The notes under the pieces: generated by a model
Databases searched by the model: none
Told to the model about the DNA's origin: nothing
What the model saw: only the letters and a program-made list of their open reading frames with translations
Translations under genes and position numbers: made by a program
Assembly (NCBI GenBank): GCA_965214835.1
Contig: CBDCCK010000002.1
Location: 960,001-1,024,000 of the forward strand
DNA from: Nitrosopumilaceae archaeon
Lineage (GTDB): Archaea > Thermoproteota > Nitrososphaeria > Nitrososphaerales > Nitrosopumilaceae
Direction of reading: 5' to 3'
DNA length: 64,000 bases
In this document: positions 9,667 to 19,343 of the stretch, piece by piece
Layout: the number at the start of each line of letters is the position of its first letter
How positions within the stretch are numbered: the stretch's first letter is position 1

Positions 9667-10560
9667 TTAGAACCGGATCATACTCTGGTACGTCCTGACT
9701 CTTTTTGAAATGTCGGATTTTGCAATCCCGGTCAGCCCGTCCAGGCCGTATCCCTCCACGGCAAACGAGCCCATCACGTTGCCGTACACGACTGCCTTTT
9801 TGATCGACGACATGCTCGTCGAACCCCGGCTGGCAAGGTAGCCGATCATGGCGCCTGCAAAAGAGTCTCCCGCACCGGTCGGATCCACGACGTCCTCCAG
9901 CGAGAATCCCGCAGTCGGGAAGATTACATCGTCAAAGAACATCAGGGAGCCGTGCTCGCCCTTTTTGATTATGACAAACCTCGCCCCCCACCTCATCATC
10001 TTTTTTGCGCATTTTATCAGGTTGAACTCCTTTGTCAGAAGCTTTGCCTCCTCGTCGTTGATCACCACAGCGTCTACTGCCTTGATCATCTTGATTACTG
10101 CGTCCCTTTTTGTAGAGATCCAAAAGTCAATCGTATCACACATTGAGAACTTTACGCTATCAAACTCCCTGATCAGCCTCACGTTCTGCTCGGGATCGTT
10201 GTTTGCCAGATAGACAAACCTCGACTTTCTGTACTCGTCTGGGACCTGCGGCTCAAAGCCTGCCGAGACGTTGAGCTCCGTCTTTAGCGTCCTTCTGGTA
10301 CTGAGGGTCTCGTCATAGCTGCCATGATACCGAAACGTCCTTCCCCTGATGATTGAAAGGCCCCGCAGATCCACGTATTTTTTTAGCAGGCTGCGATACC
10401 TGTCCGGAAAGTCCTCGCCGGCAGCTCCAATCAGGCCGGTGTCCACAAAATAGCTTGCCGACACTGCCGCAAACGTCGCGGCGCCTCCCAACGAATTCCT
10501 TAAGACCTTCTTCGGCGTCCTGATGGTATCTAGCGCGACTGATCCAAAGACTGCAAGCAC
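9667..10560 (-). CDS. PfkB-family carbohydrate kinase
   Basis: GGAA N-terminal motif and DPTGAGDSF signature. Confidence 0.92.
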   Translation of the reverse strand: MLAVFGSVALDTIRTPKKVLRNSLGGAATFAAVSASYFVDTGLIGAAGEDFPDRYRSLLKKYVDLRGLSIIRGRTFRYHGSYDETLSTRRTLKTELNVSAGFEPQVPDEYRKSRFVYLANNDPEQNVRLIREFDSVKFSMCDTIDFWISTKRDAVIKMIKAVDAVVINDEEAKLLTKEFNLIKCAKKMMRWGARFVIIKKGEHGSLMFFDDVIFPTAGFSLEDVVDPTGAGDSFAGAMIGYLASRGSTSMSSIKKAVVYGNVMGSFAVEGYGLDGLTGIAKSDISKRVRTYQSMIRF

Positions 10561-10569
10561 GCAAAAAAG

Positions 10570-11025
10570 CTAGTCCCGATGTATAAATTCCCTTGCCTGC
10601 TCCTCTGACGGATAAAAGACAAACGGAACGTCGACTGTCGTGACTGCCAGGTCATATTGCGTCACGCCGCTTATCTTTACCGTCGGCGTATCTGCAGAGT
10701 CCTCCAGCTGTCTGAACGTCTCAAAGGTTCCCTCTGCATGGGAGCTTGACAGCGGCGGGAGCGTAAAGGGCACCAGCCTTCCATGGCCGATGTTTTCCCC
10801 GTCTGCCGTTATCGCAAACTCGGTCTGGCCTGCCGACAGATACAGAAGTGACGGGTTCTCAAGCTGCAGCTGTATGTTATAGTCTGACTGTGCGCCATCC
10901 TCGCCGACCAGCTCGCTGCGCGTTATCTCGACTCCGATCTGCGATGCTGAGGCATACTGCGAGTACCCGAATCCTGCCAGGCCCAGAACCAGGAGGAATA
11001 CCACCACTTTTCGCGACCTTTCCAT
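10570..11025 (-). CDS. Membrane-anchored hypothetical protein (LEA-2-like)
   Basis: N-terminal TM helix, LENP motif, beta-rich sequence. Confidence 0.7.
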   Translation of the reverse strand: MERSRKVVVFLLVLGLAGFGYSQYASASQIGVEITRSELVGEDGAQSDYNIQLQLENPSLLYLSAGQTEFAITADGENIGHGRLVPFTLPPLSSSHAEGTFETFRQLEDSADTPTVKISGVTQYDLAVTTVDVPFVFYPSEEQAREFIHRD

Positions 11026-11155
11026 GCCTGTTCTTGTGATTTTCCCATTTTAATCTCTGGGCAAAAAAATCCAGATAATGTGTGTAAAAATTTTGATCTA
11101 CTATCAAACCTACTTAGAGCTATCAAAATAAATCATAACCCGTGTATAATGTTGT

Positions 11156-11644
11156 ATGGCTAGGGTGAAGATCAAGGTGGGGGAAAACGAGGTCGAGGTC
11201 GACTCTAGGGATTTTTACGTTGACAACCGGTCAATCGGGCAGGTAATCGAGGAGGTATCCAGACATCTCCAGTCAAGCTCTGCCAATATAGTCTATGAGC
11301 AGGTAGATGATGAGGCCCGGGACGCCCAGAAATCCCAGGCAGCAGGCGGGCATATGAAACCGCTTGCTGATGCCGAGATCCACGAATCCGAATTTAACAA
11401 TTCGATTCTGATATCCGGCAGTGAGGTCAAATCAAAGCTGGAGGTGCTGGAAGGCGACTCGTTCTTTGACAGACCCAGAACCGTATCTGAGACAGTTGCA
11501 CGACTGCGTGAATACGGATGGATAGCAAGCCCGCTAGAGGTGTCCAGGACGCTGACTAGGATGGTATTTCAGCGGGAGCTGACAAAGGACTCTCAAAACA
11601 ACCGCAACTATTACACAATCAAAGAAAGCCTGCTTGCTAGCTAG
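11156..11644 (+). CDS. Hypothetical protein with C-terminal wHTH
   Basis: FFDRPRTVSE...LTRMV...NYY pattern. Confidence 0.75.
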   Translation: MARVKIKVGENEVEVDSRDFYVDNRSIGQVIEEVSRHLQSSSANIVYEQVDDEARDAQKSQAAGGHMKPLADAEIHESEFNNSILISGSEVKSKLEVLEGDSFFDRPRTVSETVARLREYGWIASPLEVSRTLTRMVFQRELTKDSQNNRNYYTIKESLLAS

Positions 11645-11825
11645 GCCCAAAGCTGCATCTCCGGCAGGAGGCAAAGACCTCCCCGTCAAGGTGGTCAAAG
11701 TGCGCATTGCACCTGTTGCAGGTGTGATGCATGTCAAAATACCCGTCAGACTCGGTCTTTCCGACCCGCATTGATTTCAGATCGGCACTCCCGCATCTTA
11801 TGCAGTGGCATCCGCATTCAATCAC
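11637..11825 (-). CDS. Small Cys-rich zinc-finger protein
   Basis: Three CxxC pairs; GTG start inferred. Confidence 0.65.
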   Translation of the reverse strand: MIECGCHCIRCGSADLKSMRVGKTESDGYFDMHHTCNRCNAHFDHLDGEVFASCRRCSFGPS

Positions 11826-11874
11826 GGACGTATCTGCAAACAATGTATGTATAGTTGTATTGGCCAGCCATACC

Positions 11875-12030
11875 GTGGACAAAAAAAGAGTCATCCCCGA
11901 GGAGATCGATGATCACTATAGGCTGTACGGAAAGGAGCCATGGGAGGTCGACTATGACGAAAAATGTCCCCTGTGCGATTCAAGGATTGACGAGTACGGC
12001 CTATGTTCCTGCGGTTCTAGCGGGGAGTAA
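11875..12030 (+). CDS. Small zinc-finger protein
   Basis: CPLC...CSC; GTG start inferred. Confidence 0.65.
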   Translation: MDKKRVIPEEIDDHYRLYGKEPWEVDYDEKCPLCDSRIDEYGLCSCGSSGE

Positions 12031-12910
12031 GCCTGTTGCTGTACTGCAGCGCCACAATAAGCGAGATGCCCAGGATCAGGGGCAAAAACAACGAAAACTC
12101 TGGGATTGCCGTGGTCCCAACTATCGAGACGCTGGCGCCGGCATCCGGCCTGAAGCTCAGCCAGACATGCGTGTCGTTTTGAGGAAAGACCGAGTGCGGA
12201 ATCTTTTCATCCCCGTCGTAGATCTGATACGGCTTCCATAGCAGCTCCAGCGGAACCAACAGCGTTACATAGCCCCCCCCGGCGCCCGTATCAAAGCTGA
12301 TGCTCTTGCCTGGCTGGTTGAACTCCAGGGCACCTATCCGGCCGTTTCCCGCGTTTGATAGCACGAATTCATGATCCTCCCAGACTATTTTTTCATGTTG
12401 GACTTCCGGCCTGTCTACATACTCTAGGATCATCTGGCAGCCGTGACAGAACATGCCCCTGTTTTCCTTAAAGACTGCCAGGCTCTCGTCGACATAAATC
12501 ATTTCAACGAACTCCGGAAAGAAGAACTTTGTATCCTCAAGATATAGAAAGTCCCACATCCATACCCCGTCCCTTAGCTCCAGCACGTCCCTTAGCTCGT
12601 ATTTGACCGTATGGTCGCCATTGGACGGAAAGAGCAGGACGGTGCCCTCCCCGATCATTGCGTACTGGGCCTCCCCACCTGACTCGTCCCTTACGGTAAT
12701 GTTGTCCCTTGTACCCTCGATCAGCTCAATCCGTACGGGCGCATCTGATCCCCTTACGATGTGCTTTACGCTGACACCACCCTCATCAGAAATGTAAACC
12801 TCCACTGATCGCTGTGATGCGGCCTCTCCCACGCCGATGCCCTGGCCTAGTGCGCCCTGGAGCGGAAGCAAAAGCATCAGGACAAAAACGGCCGTGACTG
12901 TTCCCTTCAA
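12017..12910 (-). CDS. Secreted protein with PEF-CTERM-like sorting signal
   Basis: Signal peptide; C-terminal IPEF followed by a TM helix. Confidence 0.8.
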   Translation of the reverse strand: MKGTVTAVFVLMLLLPLQGALGQGIGVGEAASQRSVEVYISDEGGVSVKHIVRGSDAPVRIELIEGTRDNITVRDESGGEAQYAMIGEGTVLLFPSNGDHTVKYELRDVLELRDGVWMWDFLYLEDTKFFFPEFVEMIYVDESLAVFKENRGMFCHGCQMILEYVDRPEVQHEKIVWEDHEFVLSNAGNGRIGALEFNQPGKSISFDTGAGGGYVTLLVPLELLWKPYQIYDGDEKIPHSVFPQNDTHVWLSFRPDAGASVSIVGTTAIPEFSLFLPLILGISLIVALQYSNRLTPR

Positions 12911-13398
12911 TGCGCGTCTTGCTCTGATAGTGAGACCCTGATCATTTTTGCCTCCTGCAGGGGACAGTCGTTTCCATCCCTGTCAAGATTCACGATCTTG
13001 TCTGCGGTATCCATTCCCTGGGTAACCTCCCCGAATACCGTGTACTGCCTGTCAAGGAAGGTGCTGTCTGCAGTCACAATAAAGAACTGCGAGCCTGCAC
13101 TGTCGGGATCCTGTGATCTTGCCATCGAGACGATTCCCCTGAGGTGTGAGCGTGAGTTAAACTCTGCCTTTATTGCATATCCGGGGCCTCCCATGCCCCA
13201 GTTTGCCTTGCTGGGCTGCTTTGTATTGGGATCCCCGCCCTGTATCATGAATCCGGGAATCACCCTGTGGAACAGGGTTCCATCGTAGAATCCGGATCCT
13301 GCGAGTTTTTCAAAGTTTCTTACCGTCTCTGGAGCAAGATCCGGCAACAATTTAAATGAGATGCTTCCCAGGTTGGTCTCAATATTCACGGCAGTCAT
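12907..13398 (-). CDS. Cyclophilin-type peptidyl-prolyl isomerase
   Basis: FHRVIPGFMIQGGD, SAGSQFFI and YTVFGEV motifs. Confidence 0.95.
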   Translation of the reverse strand: MTAVNIETNLGSISFKLLPDLAPETVRNFEKLAGSGFYDGTLFHRVIPGFMIQGGDPNTKQPSKANWGMGGPGYAIKAEFNSRSHLRGIVSMARSQDPDSAGSQFFIVTADSTFLDRQYTVFGEVTQGMDTADKIVNLDRDGNDCPLQEAKMIRVSLSEQDAH

Positions 13399-13693
13399 GC
13401 TTTGACGTACCGGCCCCTCATCATAAGAGTCTTATGTTTGCCGACCGGTACGAGCTTTGGAACCTTCTTTCGTACTAGGCCACGTCCTCCTGCGGGCCAA
13501 GCGCAAAACCACAACCCCGTGCAGGCCGGTGTCCAGCCGGGATATTGGGAGGCGGCCACATGCATTCTTTTTTTGAAGACATGAAAACCGTCTGAAGGCC
13601 TTGAAAATTTGCATGCAAACAAAAATGTAAATTTTTTTGCATTTTTGGATTGCGGGTTATAGTCTTATATAGAACAACTAAAACGTAGATCTC

Positions 13694-13921
13694 GTGAACC
13701 GTACAAATCAAAGCGCAGTCATTAGAGAAGCAATTAATTCTTGTCTCGACAGGGGGGTCACTGACAAGCAAGACATTTACACAAAGGTTGTCGATGAGCT
13801 TGGCGTTCCACGACCAACAGTTCGCAGAGTTGCAAGAGATCTGAGAAGTGAGCTTCTAGAAAAGATTCAGATTTTACAATCGGATGCTCCAAAAGAGACG
13901 ATTGCAGAAAAAGAGGAATAA
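13694..13921 (+). CDS. Small HTH-like protein
   Basis: VVDELGVPRPTVRRVA; AT-rich promoter upstream and T-rich tract downstream. Confidence 0.75.
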   Translation: MNRTNQSAVIREAINSCLDRGVTDKQDIYTKVVDELGVPRPTVRRVARDLRSELLEKIQILQSDAPKETIAEKEE

Positions 13922-14005
13922 ACCACACCCTCTTCTTTCTTTTTACTTATTTTCGCTGTCCATTCCCGGCATTACTGTTATAAACTCCGAATTTTTGGGA
14001 ATATC

Positions 14006-14488
14006 ATGGGTTATTTGGGAAATCACCTGGCCACGGTGTCAACCGGCGTGTTTGCGGCGGTACTGACCGGTCTTTGGCCGTGGTTTGTCTATGACCTAGG
14101 CGCAACGATACTCAACTTTGTGTTCATAATGGCAGTTCCGATTACCTGGTTTCTGACGCTCATGTGCTGGCTGTCCCAAAAAAGCGCAGACTATGCGCAC
14201 AGGTACGGCGCCACCCATGCCTCCGGCGAGGAAAAAAAAAACTTGAATAGCAGCACGCAACAAAAACTGGTCTACAGCTCCGACGGACGGCAGGTCACCC
14301 CGGGAGAGCTGAGGGAGGCCAGGACTGAGCTGGCCGACGAGCTGGACTCTTTGCGCAACACCGTAAAGATCCAAGACAGCGAAATTGAAAGGCTGAGACA
14401 GGAGATTGCAAACCTTGAGACCCTCGTGCAGATTGAGTCATTAAAGGCCGAGCTTGCAAACCTCAAGATGCTTGCATCCAAAAAATAG
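14006..14488 (+). CDS. Membrane protein with C-terminal coiled coil
   Basis: Two TM segments followed by heptad repeats. Confidence 0.75.
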   Translation: MGYLGNHLATVSTGVFAAVLTGLWPWFVYDLGATILNFVFIMAVPITWFLTLMCWLSQKSADYAHRYGATHASGEEKKNLNSSTQQKLVYSSDGRQVTPGELREARTELADELDSLRNTVKIQDSEIERLRQEIANLETLVQIESLKAELANLKMLASKK

Positions 14489-14698
14489 TCAGCCCTCGCA
14501 GTGCCCGCATCTTGCCGCATCGTGCTTTTCTCTGCATCCCGGGCAGCTGAGCGCCCCCCCGTAATGGCACTTGCACGGGCAGAGCTCCGTCGGATCCATA
14601 GTATGATTCCTGCGTCATCTTAATATCTGTCTTTTCAGGCACCTAAATCATGCAGACTGGCCGGAGCAAGTTTTTAAGCTGTACCGAGCGGAGGTATT

Positions 14699-15139
14699 GT
14701 GTTGAGTAAAACCGCCCTCTCACTTGTCGCGTTTGCATCGCTCTTTGTGATGCTGGGATTTGACGGAGCCGGCGCCGAGACGCAGGCAGACGGGATAACC
14801 CCGATTGGCCCCGGCGTCGGAATCGAAAGATCCACAATCGAGTTCAGCGTACCGGAAAACAACTCGCTTCCCTGGGCATTCGTGGAGGGAAGCATATCGA
14901 ATCCAGCCCCGGACTATCCCGTGATCATTCAGATTTATGACATGGATGGAGCAATGCCTGGAAACGACATCGGGGCGGTTCACTTTGCCCAAACCGATGT
15001 GAACCCTGACGGCAGCTTTGAGTACAGGTTTCGGGTATTGAACGTGGACGACGGCTCAAAAACCAACATCTTTGAGGGCAGCTATGTCGTAAAAATCTTC
15101 AAGTTCGTACATCTAGGTGAAGACCTCAGCGCAATCTAG
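14699..15139 (+). CDS. Secreted hypothetical protein
   Basis: Signal peptide; beta-rich domain (DGSFEYRF, GSYVVKI). Confidence 0.72.
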   Translation: MLSKTALSLVAFASLFVMLGFDGAGAETQADGITPIGPGVGIERSTIEFSVPENNSLPWAFVEGSISNPAPDYPVIIQIYDMDGAMPGNDIGAVHFAQTDVNPDGSFEYRFRVLNVDDGSKTNIFEGSYVVKIFKFVHLGEDLSAI

Positions 15140-15650
15140 CGGCCAGTCCTATCGTCTCATCGACCAGCTCCCTCAGCCTGGCCCGCGCATCCTCGTCAGA
15201 TACCTGGCCGTCCTGTATCGCGTCTGCAGTCATAAAGACCGCCTTGGGATTGGTTATGACCCTAAAGTATGACATCAGCTGTACGACCATCGTCTGGACG
15301 TCTACGAAGCTGATCTGCCCCGAGGCCAGGATTGCAATCCCGGCAGTCTTGCCCGCGGTTTTCTTATAGTCTACGTACTCAAAGAGGTTCTTTAGCGCAG
15401 AGCTGAAAAACGAGTTGTAGACCGGCGTGCCGATAAGCCATATGTCCGCATCCATGATGTCTGCCGTGGCCCTCCTTGTGGCATCGTTGTACTCCTCACC
15501 GGGGCCCCTGTAGCACTCTATGTCCCCCCCTGCCAGGTTGATTAAAACGACCTCGTGATCCTTTTGTCCCGCATAGTCATATACTAGGTTCATCATGGCC
15601 TGAGTCTTGCCTGCCCTTCTGGGACTTGCCGCAATCACCACTATCTTCAT
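15126..15650 (-). CDS. NADPH-dependent FMN reductase (flavodoxin fold)
   Basis: ASPRRAGKT and GTPVYN...LKNLFE motifs. Confidence 0.9.
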   Translation of the reverse strand: MKIVVIAASPRRAGKTQAMMNLVYDYAGQKDHEVVLINLAGGDIECYRGPGEEYNDATRRATADIMDADIWLIGTPVYNSFFSSALKNLFEYVDYKKTAGKTAGIAILASGQISFVDVQTMVVQLMSYFRVITNPKAVFMTADAIQDGQVSDEDARARLRELVDETIGLAARLR

Positions 15651-15688
15651 GATACCCCTTGACCGGTTTTCTATTTAAGTTAGAAATA

Positions 15689-15780
15689 CGGGCTTGGAGG
15701 GCTTCGATCCCTCGACCTGTAACTTAGGAGGCTACCACGCTATCCATACTTCGCGTCAGATGACTCTGCGCCACAAGCCC
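15689..15780 (-). tRNA. tRNA-Arg(CCT) with a putative 17-nt non-canonical D-loop intron (15749-15765)
   Basis: Acceptor GGGCTTG/CAAGCCC; anticodon arm GTAGC-CTCCTAA-GTTAC; T arm GAGGG/CCCTC; oversized D loop. Confidence 0.88.
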
Positions 15781-15800
15781 AGCAAAAAACACGCACGTAA

Positions 15801-16514
15801 TTATTTAAGCGTAGTCAAGTTGGACTCGATCAGCCGCCTTACCTCCCCCCACTCCGGACTGCTTTTCTGATTCCACCTTTCATAGTTGACGACCTCCTCA
15901 AGCCTCAGCCTTGGCAGCCATCCCGCAGTCTCAAGATCTGGCCTTGCGGCAAAGTCTTCCACATGCCCCAAGCAGAGATAGGCAATGGGGACCACATGCT
16001 CTGGCAGCCCCAGGATCTCCCTTAGGACATCGTTTGACAGTATGCTGACCCATCCTAGGCCTATTCCCTCCGATCTTGCCGCCAGCCACAGGTTCTGTAC
16101 CGCGCAGCACACGCTGTAGATTCCCGCCTCGGGTATGCTGGATCGGCCGATTACAAAGGGGCCAAACCGCCTTGGATCGTATGTGATGCAGAGGTTGACC
16201 GGCGAGTCCATTATTCCCTCCAGCTTGAAGGACAGGTACTGGGATCTCCTTGGCTCCTCTACCAGCTCCGAGGATCGCCTCAGCTCCGCGTCAAAGCTCT
16301 CCTTGATCCTCTTTTTGGTCTGTCCGTCTTTTATCAGTATAAAGTTCCAGGGCTGTGAGAATCCCACGGACGGGGCGTGATGGGCGGCATTGAGGATGCG
16401 GGCGATTACCTCGCCGTCGATCTCCTCTCCAAGAAAGCGCGATCTCACGTCCCTTCTGGTAAAAATGGCCTTGTACAGCCCCGCCTTCTCCTCATGGGTA
16501 AAGCCTTCATCCAT
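15801..16514 (-). CDS. bluB: 5,6-dimethylbenzimidazole synthase (nitroreductase family)
   Basis: RRDVR, AHHAPSVGFSQPW and SVCCAVQNLWLAARSEGIGLGWVS motifs. Confidence 0.88.
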   Translation of the reverse strand: MDEGFTHEEKAGLYKAIFTRRDVRSRFLGEEIDGEVIARILNAAHHAPSVGFSQPWNFILIKDGQTKKRIKESFDAELRRSSELVEEPRRSQYLSFKLEGIMDSPVNLCITYDPRRFGPFVIGRSSIPEAGIYSVCCAVQNLWLAARSEGIGLGWVSILSNDVLREILGLPEHVVPIAYLCLGHVEDFAARPDLETAGWLPRLRLEEVVNYERWNQKSSPEWGEVRRLIESNLTTLK

Positions 16515-16597
16515 CTGTATGTCTACCCGTGCTCTGCTTATTCGTCTTTGGTTTTGTTAAACGTTAATAATGTCGTAGCGGGGCCTTGTACGTCATT

Positions 16598-16671
16598 GGG
16601 CCGGTAGTCTAGCTGGTTAGGATACCGCCTCGACACGGCGGTGATCGTGAGTTCGAATCTCTCTCGGCCCA
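16598..16671 (+). tRNA. tRNA-Val(GAC)
   Basis: Cloverleaf with anticodon arm CCGCC-TCGACAC-GGCGG and GTTCGAATC; followed by oligo-T. Confidence 0.93.
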
Positions 16672-16677
16672 CTTTTT

Positions 16678-17181
16678 TTACATGCCGGTCTTGAACTCTT
16701 TTTCCACCACGGACCAGGCAGACTCCACGGTGATCATGCCCTCCGAGCTAAAACCGGTCAGCTGCCCCCTTACAAGCGAGTCGTACATCTGCGGGCTGAT
16801 ATCGTCCCTGTCTATTGTTGTGGTGCTCTTGAGCGGGATCTGCGCACCGGGGTAAAACGCGGCCCTTCCAGGCATTGCAATGTCCTGGGTTGAATACTGT
16901 CCGGACGCAATGCGTGTCCCGCCTGAAAAGATGTCATAGGCTATCAGCGGAATCGTAAACGTCTTCTCGCTTGGGTTGGAAACTAGGAAGGTGGTCTCGA
17001 CCCTCAGCGTTCCGGAGATCCTGTCCACCGACGAGACCTCCACTCCCGCCAGATCAACCTGTACCTGCTCCAGCTGGGGATTGTCCAGGCCCGCATACAT
17101 TACAAAGCCCCCCATCATGGCCAGCAGTCCCGCTATTGCCGCATATACGATCATCTTGCTCTGTAGGGCCAAACTAGACAT
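16678..17181 (-). CDS. Membrane-anchored LEA-2-like protein
   Basis: N-terminal TM helix; VSNPS motif. Confidence 0.72.
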   Translation of the reverse strand: MSSLALQSKMIVYAAIAGLLAMMGGFVMYAGLDNPQLEQVQVDLAGVEVSSVDRISGTLRVETTFLVSNPSEKTFTIPLIAYDIFSGGTRIASGQYSTQDIAMPGRAAFYPGAQIPLKSTTTIDRDDISPQMYDSLVRGQLTGFSSEGMITVESAWSVVEKEFKTGM

Positions 17182-17252
17182 TCCTGACTCCTACAACTAA
17201 AAAACGTTGTCGAGGGCAAATAGATAATATCTGATCATTGAAAACAACTGTA

Positions 17253-17747
17253 ATGGGACTGGAGCAGACCCTCATAACCTGGATACACCTAGTCTCCGCG
17301 GCCATCTGGGTCGGGGGCTCGATATTTCTCGGCATAGTACTGGCCCCCCTGCTCAAGACAATGTATGCCTCCCACGAGGAGAGGATCCAGCTGATGATAA
17401 GGGTCGGAAGACGCTTTAACAAGATTGCAGTACCGTCGCTCCTGGTTTTGATTGCAACCGGAGTTTACAACTCCAGAAACATTCTCGGCGATCCGGAGCT
17501 TTTGCTTTCCAGCAGTTACGGGATGTATGTCATGATCAAGATCATCCTTGTCATTCTCCTGATTGCAGTATTTCTGGTGCATGTACTAATGATCCGCAGG
17601 GATGTCGAGGACAGGATTATGGCCGGGGAGATGCCCCCGGCGCAGCTGCAGGGACTGCGCAGGAAAATCATCGTTTTGGGCGAGGCCACGGTGGTAATCT
17701 CCGTGGCAATACTGTTCTTTGCGGCGGCCCTGGATTCCGGACTATAG
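17253..17747 (+). CDS. CopD/DUF4149-like membrane protein
   Basis: WIHLVSAAIWVGG, ATG and YG..IKI motifs; four TM segments. Confidence 0.8.
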   Translation: MGLEQTLITWIHLVSAAIWVGGSIFLGIVLAPLLKTMYASHEERIQLMIRVGRRFNKIAVPSLLVLIATGVYNSRNILGDPELLLSSSYGMYVMIKIILVILLIAVFLVHVLMIRRDVEDRIMAGEMPPAQLQGLRRKIIVLGEATVVISVAILFFAAALDSGL

Positions 17748-18758
17748 GGCTCCCCTGATTCTTACCTCGAAGCCTCCCGGGATCCTGCCTATTCCGTATC
17801 TGCAGCCCGTAATCCTTGAGGTGACGTACAGGTTCGTTTCCAGGTGTTTTGTCATCCTGTCGGTCCGCAGGACGGATGTCTCGCCGCACCGGCTGGCAGG
17901 GATCACCAGCATGTCTGCAAGGTTGTGATCCACCCCCAGATCACTCTGCAGGAATTCTGCTGCCACATCCCTTTGAAAGCCGCCCGCCCTGTCATCCCAC
18001 AGGCTGTCGACTCCCATCACCGAGCTGGAGTCTTGGCTGTACAGCAGGACCGACGCGCCCCCGTCTCGGGCCTCCTCTTGGCGTATGCGGCAGCTGACCC
18101 TCCACCCCCCTGATTCTAGCCGATCAACAATCCTACTGCATTCTGACTCGACTTTTTTCCTACTGGTTTTTGAAAACGTGCATAGCAGGCCCGCCGTCTT
18201 GTCGCCTCTTTTTGTCAGTGAAACGGGCGCAATTTTCCTGCACGGTTCTATGACTGCCTCGACCTGGCCCCCGCCCCTTGGGAAATATCCCCTTTTTCTG
18301 ACACTGGCCGAATATCTTATCCCGAACCGCTCTAGTGCGTTTTGTAGTACGGTTCCTGTATAGTCCATCGTTGGGCTCCATGCCACATCCGTTCCGCCCC
18401 TGATCTTCAGGCTGGTTCTCCGCCCTGCCATTGAGGCGGCAAAGACTGCGCCCTGGAGGGCCAGGGAAATGCTGCCGGCAGTACCCACATCTTCACGGAT
18501 CTCCGCCTCCCTGGCATCCTTTGGTGCAAATTCAACAGATGTTGAGCCCAAGTCCAGTCCTGAGACATCAGCATCGAAGATCCTGGCCAGAATCCTTCCC
18601 GAGGCAAGATGCTGCGCCCTCAGGCCCGGAACCTTTCTCTTGCTCCTGATATTTTCAATCCTGACTGGCACCTTTGAGATGCATGACAATGCAAGCGCGC
18701 TCCGGAGAATCTGCCCGCCTCCCTCCCCCCTAGAGCCGTCAATCGCAAGGAATTCCAT
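17742..18758 (-). CDS. rtcA: RNA 3'-terminal phosphate cyclase
   Basis: IDGSRGEGGGQILRSAL, GGTD and HLETN; start reassigned to 18758. Confidence 0.93.
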   Translation of the reverse strand: MEFLAIDGSRGEGGGQILRSALALSCISKVPVRIENIRSKRKVPGLRAQHLASGRILARIFDADVSGLDLGSTSVEFAPKDAREAEIREDVGTAGSISLALQGAVFAASMAGRRTSLKIRGGTDVAWSPTMDYTGTVLQNALERFGIRYSASVRKRGYFPRGGGQVEAVIEPCRKIAPVSLTKRGDKTAGLLCTFSKTSRKKVESECSRIVDRLESGGWRVSCRIRQEEARDGGASVLLYSQDSSSVMGVDSLWDDRAGGFQRDVAAEFLQSDLGVDHNLADMLVIPASRCGETSVLRTDRMTKHLETNLYVTSRITGCRYGIGRIPGGFEVRIRGAL

Positions 18759-18809
18759 GCTGTCCTTCGTTATGGTGGTTTTTAATAATTCTGAATCCAG
18801 ACGATCCAT

Positions 18810-19304
18810 ATGGACGGACTGCTCATTGGAAGGTTTCAGCCGTTTCACCTGGGCCACCTGCATGCTATAAAATACGCCCTCTCGCAAGCCGACAATGTCT
18901 GGATTGGGATAGGCAGCTCCAACAGATCCCTTGAAAGGCAGAATCCCTTTTCCTCGGCAGAGAGGAGGGAGATGATAGAGTCGTCCCTGGATGGCGAGAC
19001 CCTGCAGAGAGTCGGGATTTACGAAATACCTGATCTTGGTGATCACAAAAAATGGGCAGAGAGCATCAAGACCATAGTCCCGGAATTTGACGTGGTTTTC
19101 ACCAATGATAAAGTGACGCGCCACATCTATTCGCGCCGGGGCATCACCGTTTTGCCCATCCCGTTTGAAAGCCGGGATTCCCTTTCGGGCACCAGCATAC
19201 GCGAGAAAATCACCGACGGTGGGAACTGGGAGGACTGTGTTCCGGACGGGACAAGAGGCGTGCTAGCCAAGTCTGGTGCCGGCGATCGCCTGAAAGGTCT
19301 GTAA
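18810..19304 (+). CDS. nadM: Nicotinamide-nucleotide adenylyltransferase
   Basis: GRFQPFHLGH and SGTSIRE motifs. Confidence 0.92.
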   Translation: MDGLLIGRFQPFHLGHLHAIKYALSQADNVWIGIGSSNRSLERQNPFSSAERREMIESSLDGETLQRVGIYEIPDLGDHKKWAESIKTIVPEFDVVFTNDKVTRHIYSRRGITVLPIPFESRDSLSGTSIREKITDGGNWEDCVPDGTRGVLAKSGAGDRLKGL

Positions 19305-19343
19305 TTATAAATAAACCCGTCCTGCCCCTATCCTTAGATTACG

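Noticed and set aside
13478-13560. HDV-like ribozyme suggested by the TCCTC loop
   Set aside because: P1, P1.1 and the catalytic C junction could not be built; kept only as a generic structured RNA candidate.
15689-16671. tRNAs as integration sites for an island or provirus
   Set aside because: No duplicated tRNA 3' end or integrase was seen in the window.
18759-19124. N-terminal extension of RtcA in the ORF track
   Set aside because: It overlaps the divergent nadM; RtcA homology begins at 18758. Similar spurious extensions were trimmed for the ORFs at 6568, 33287 and 41067.
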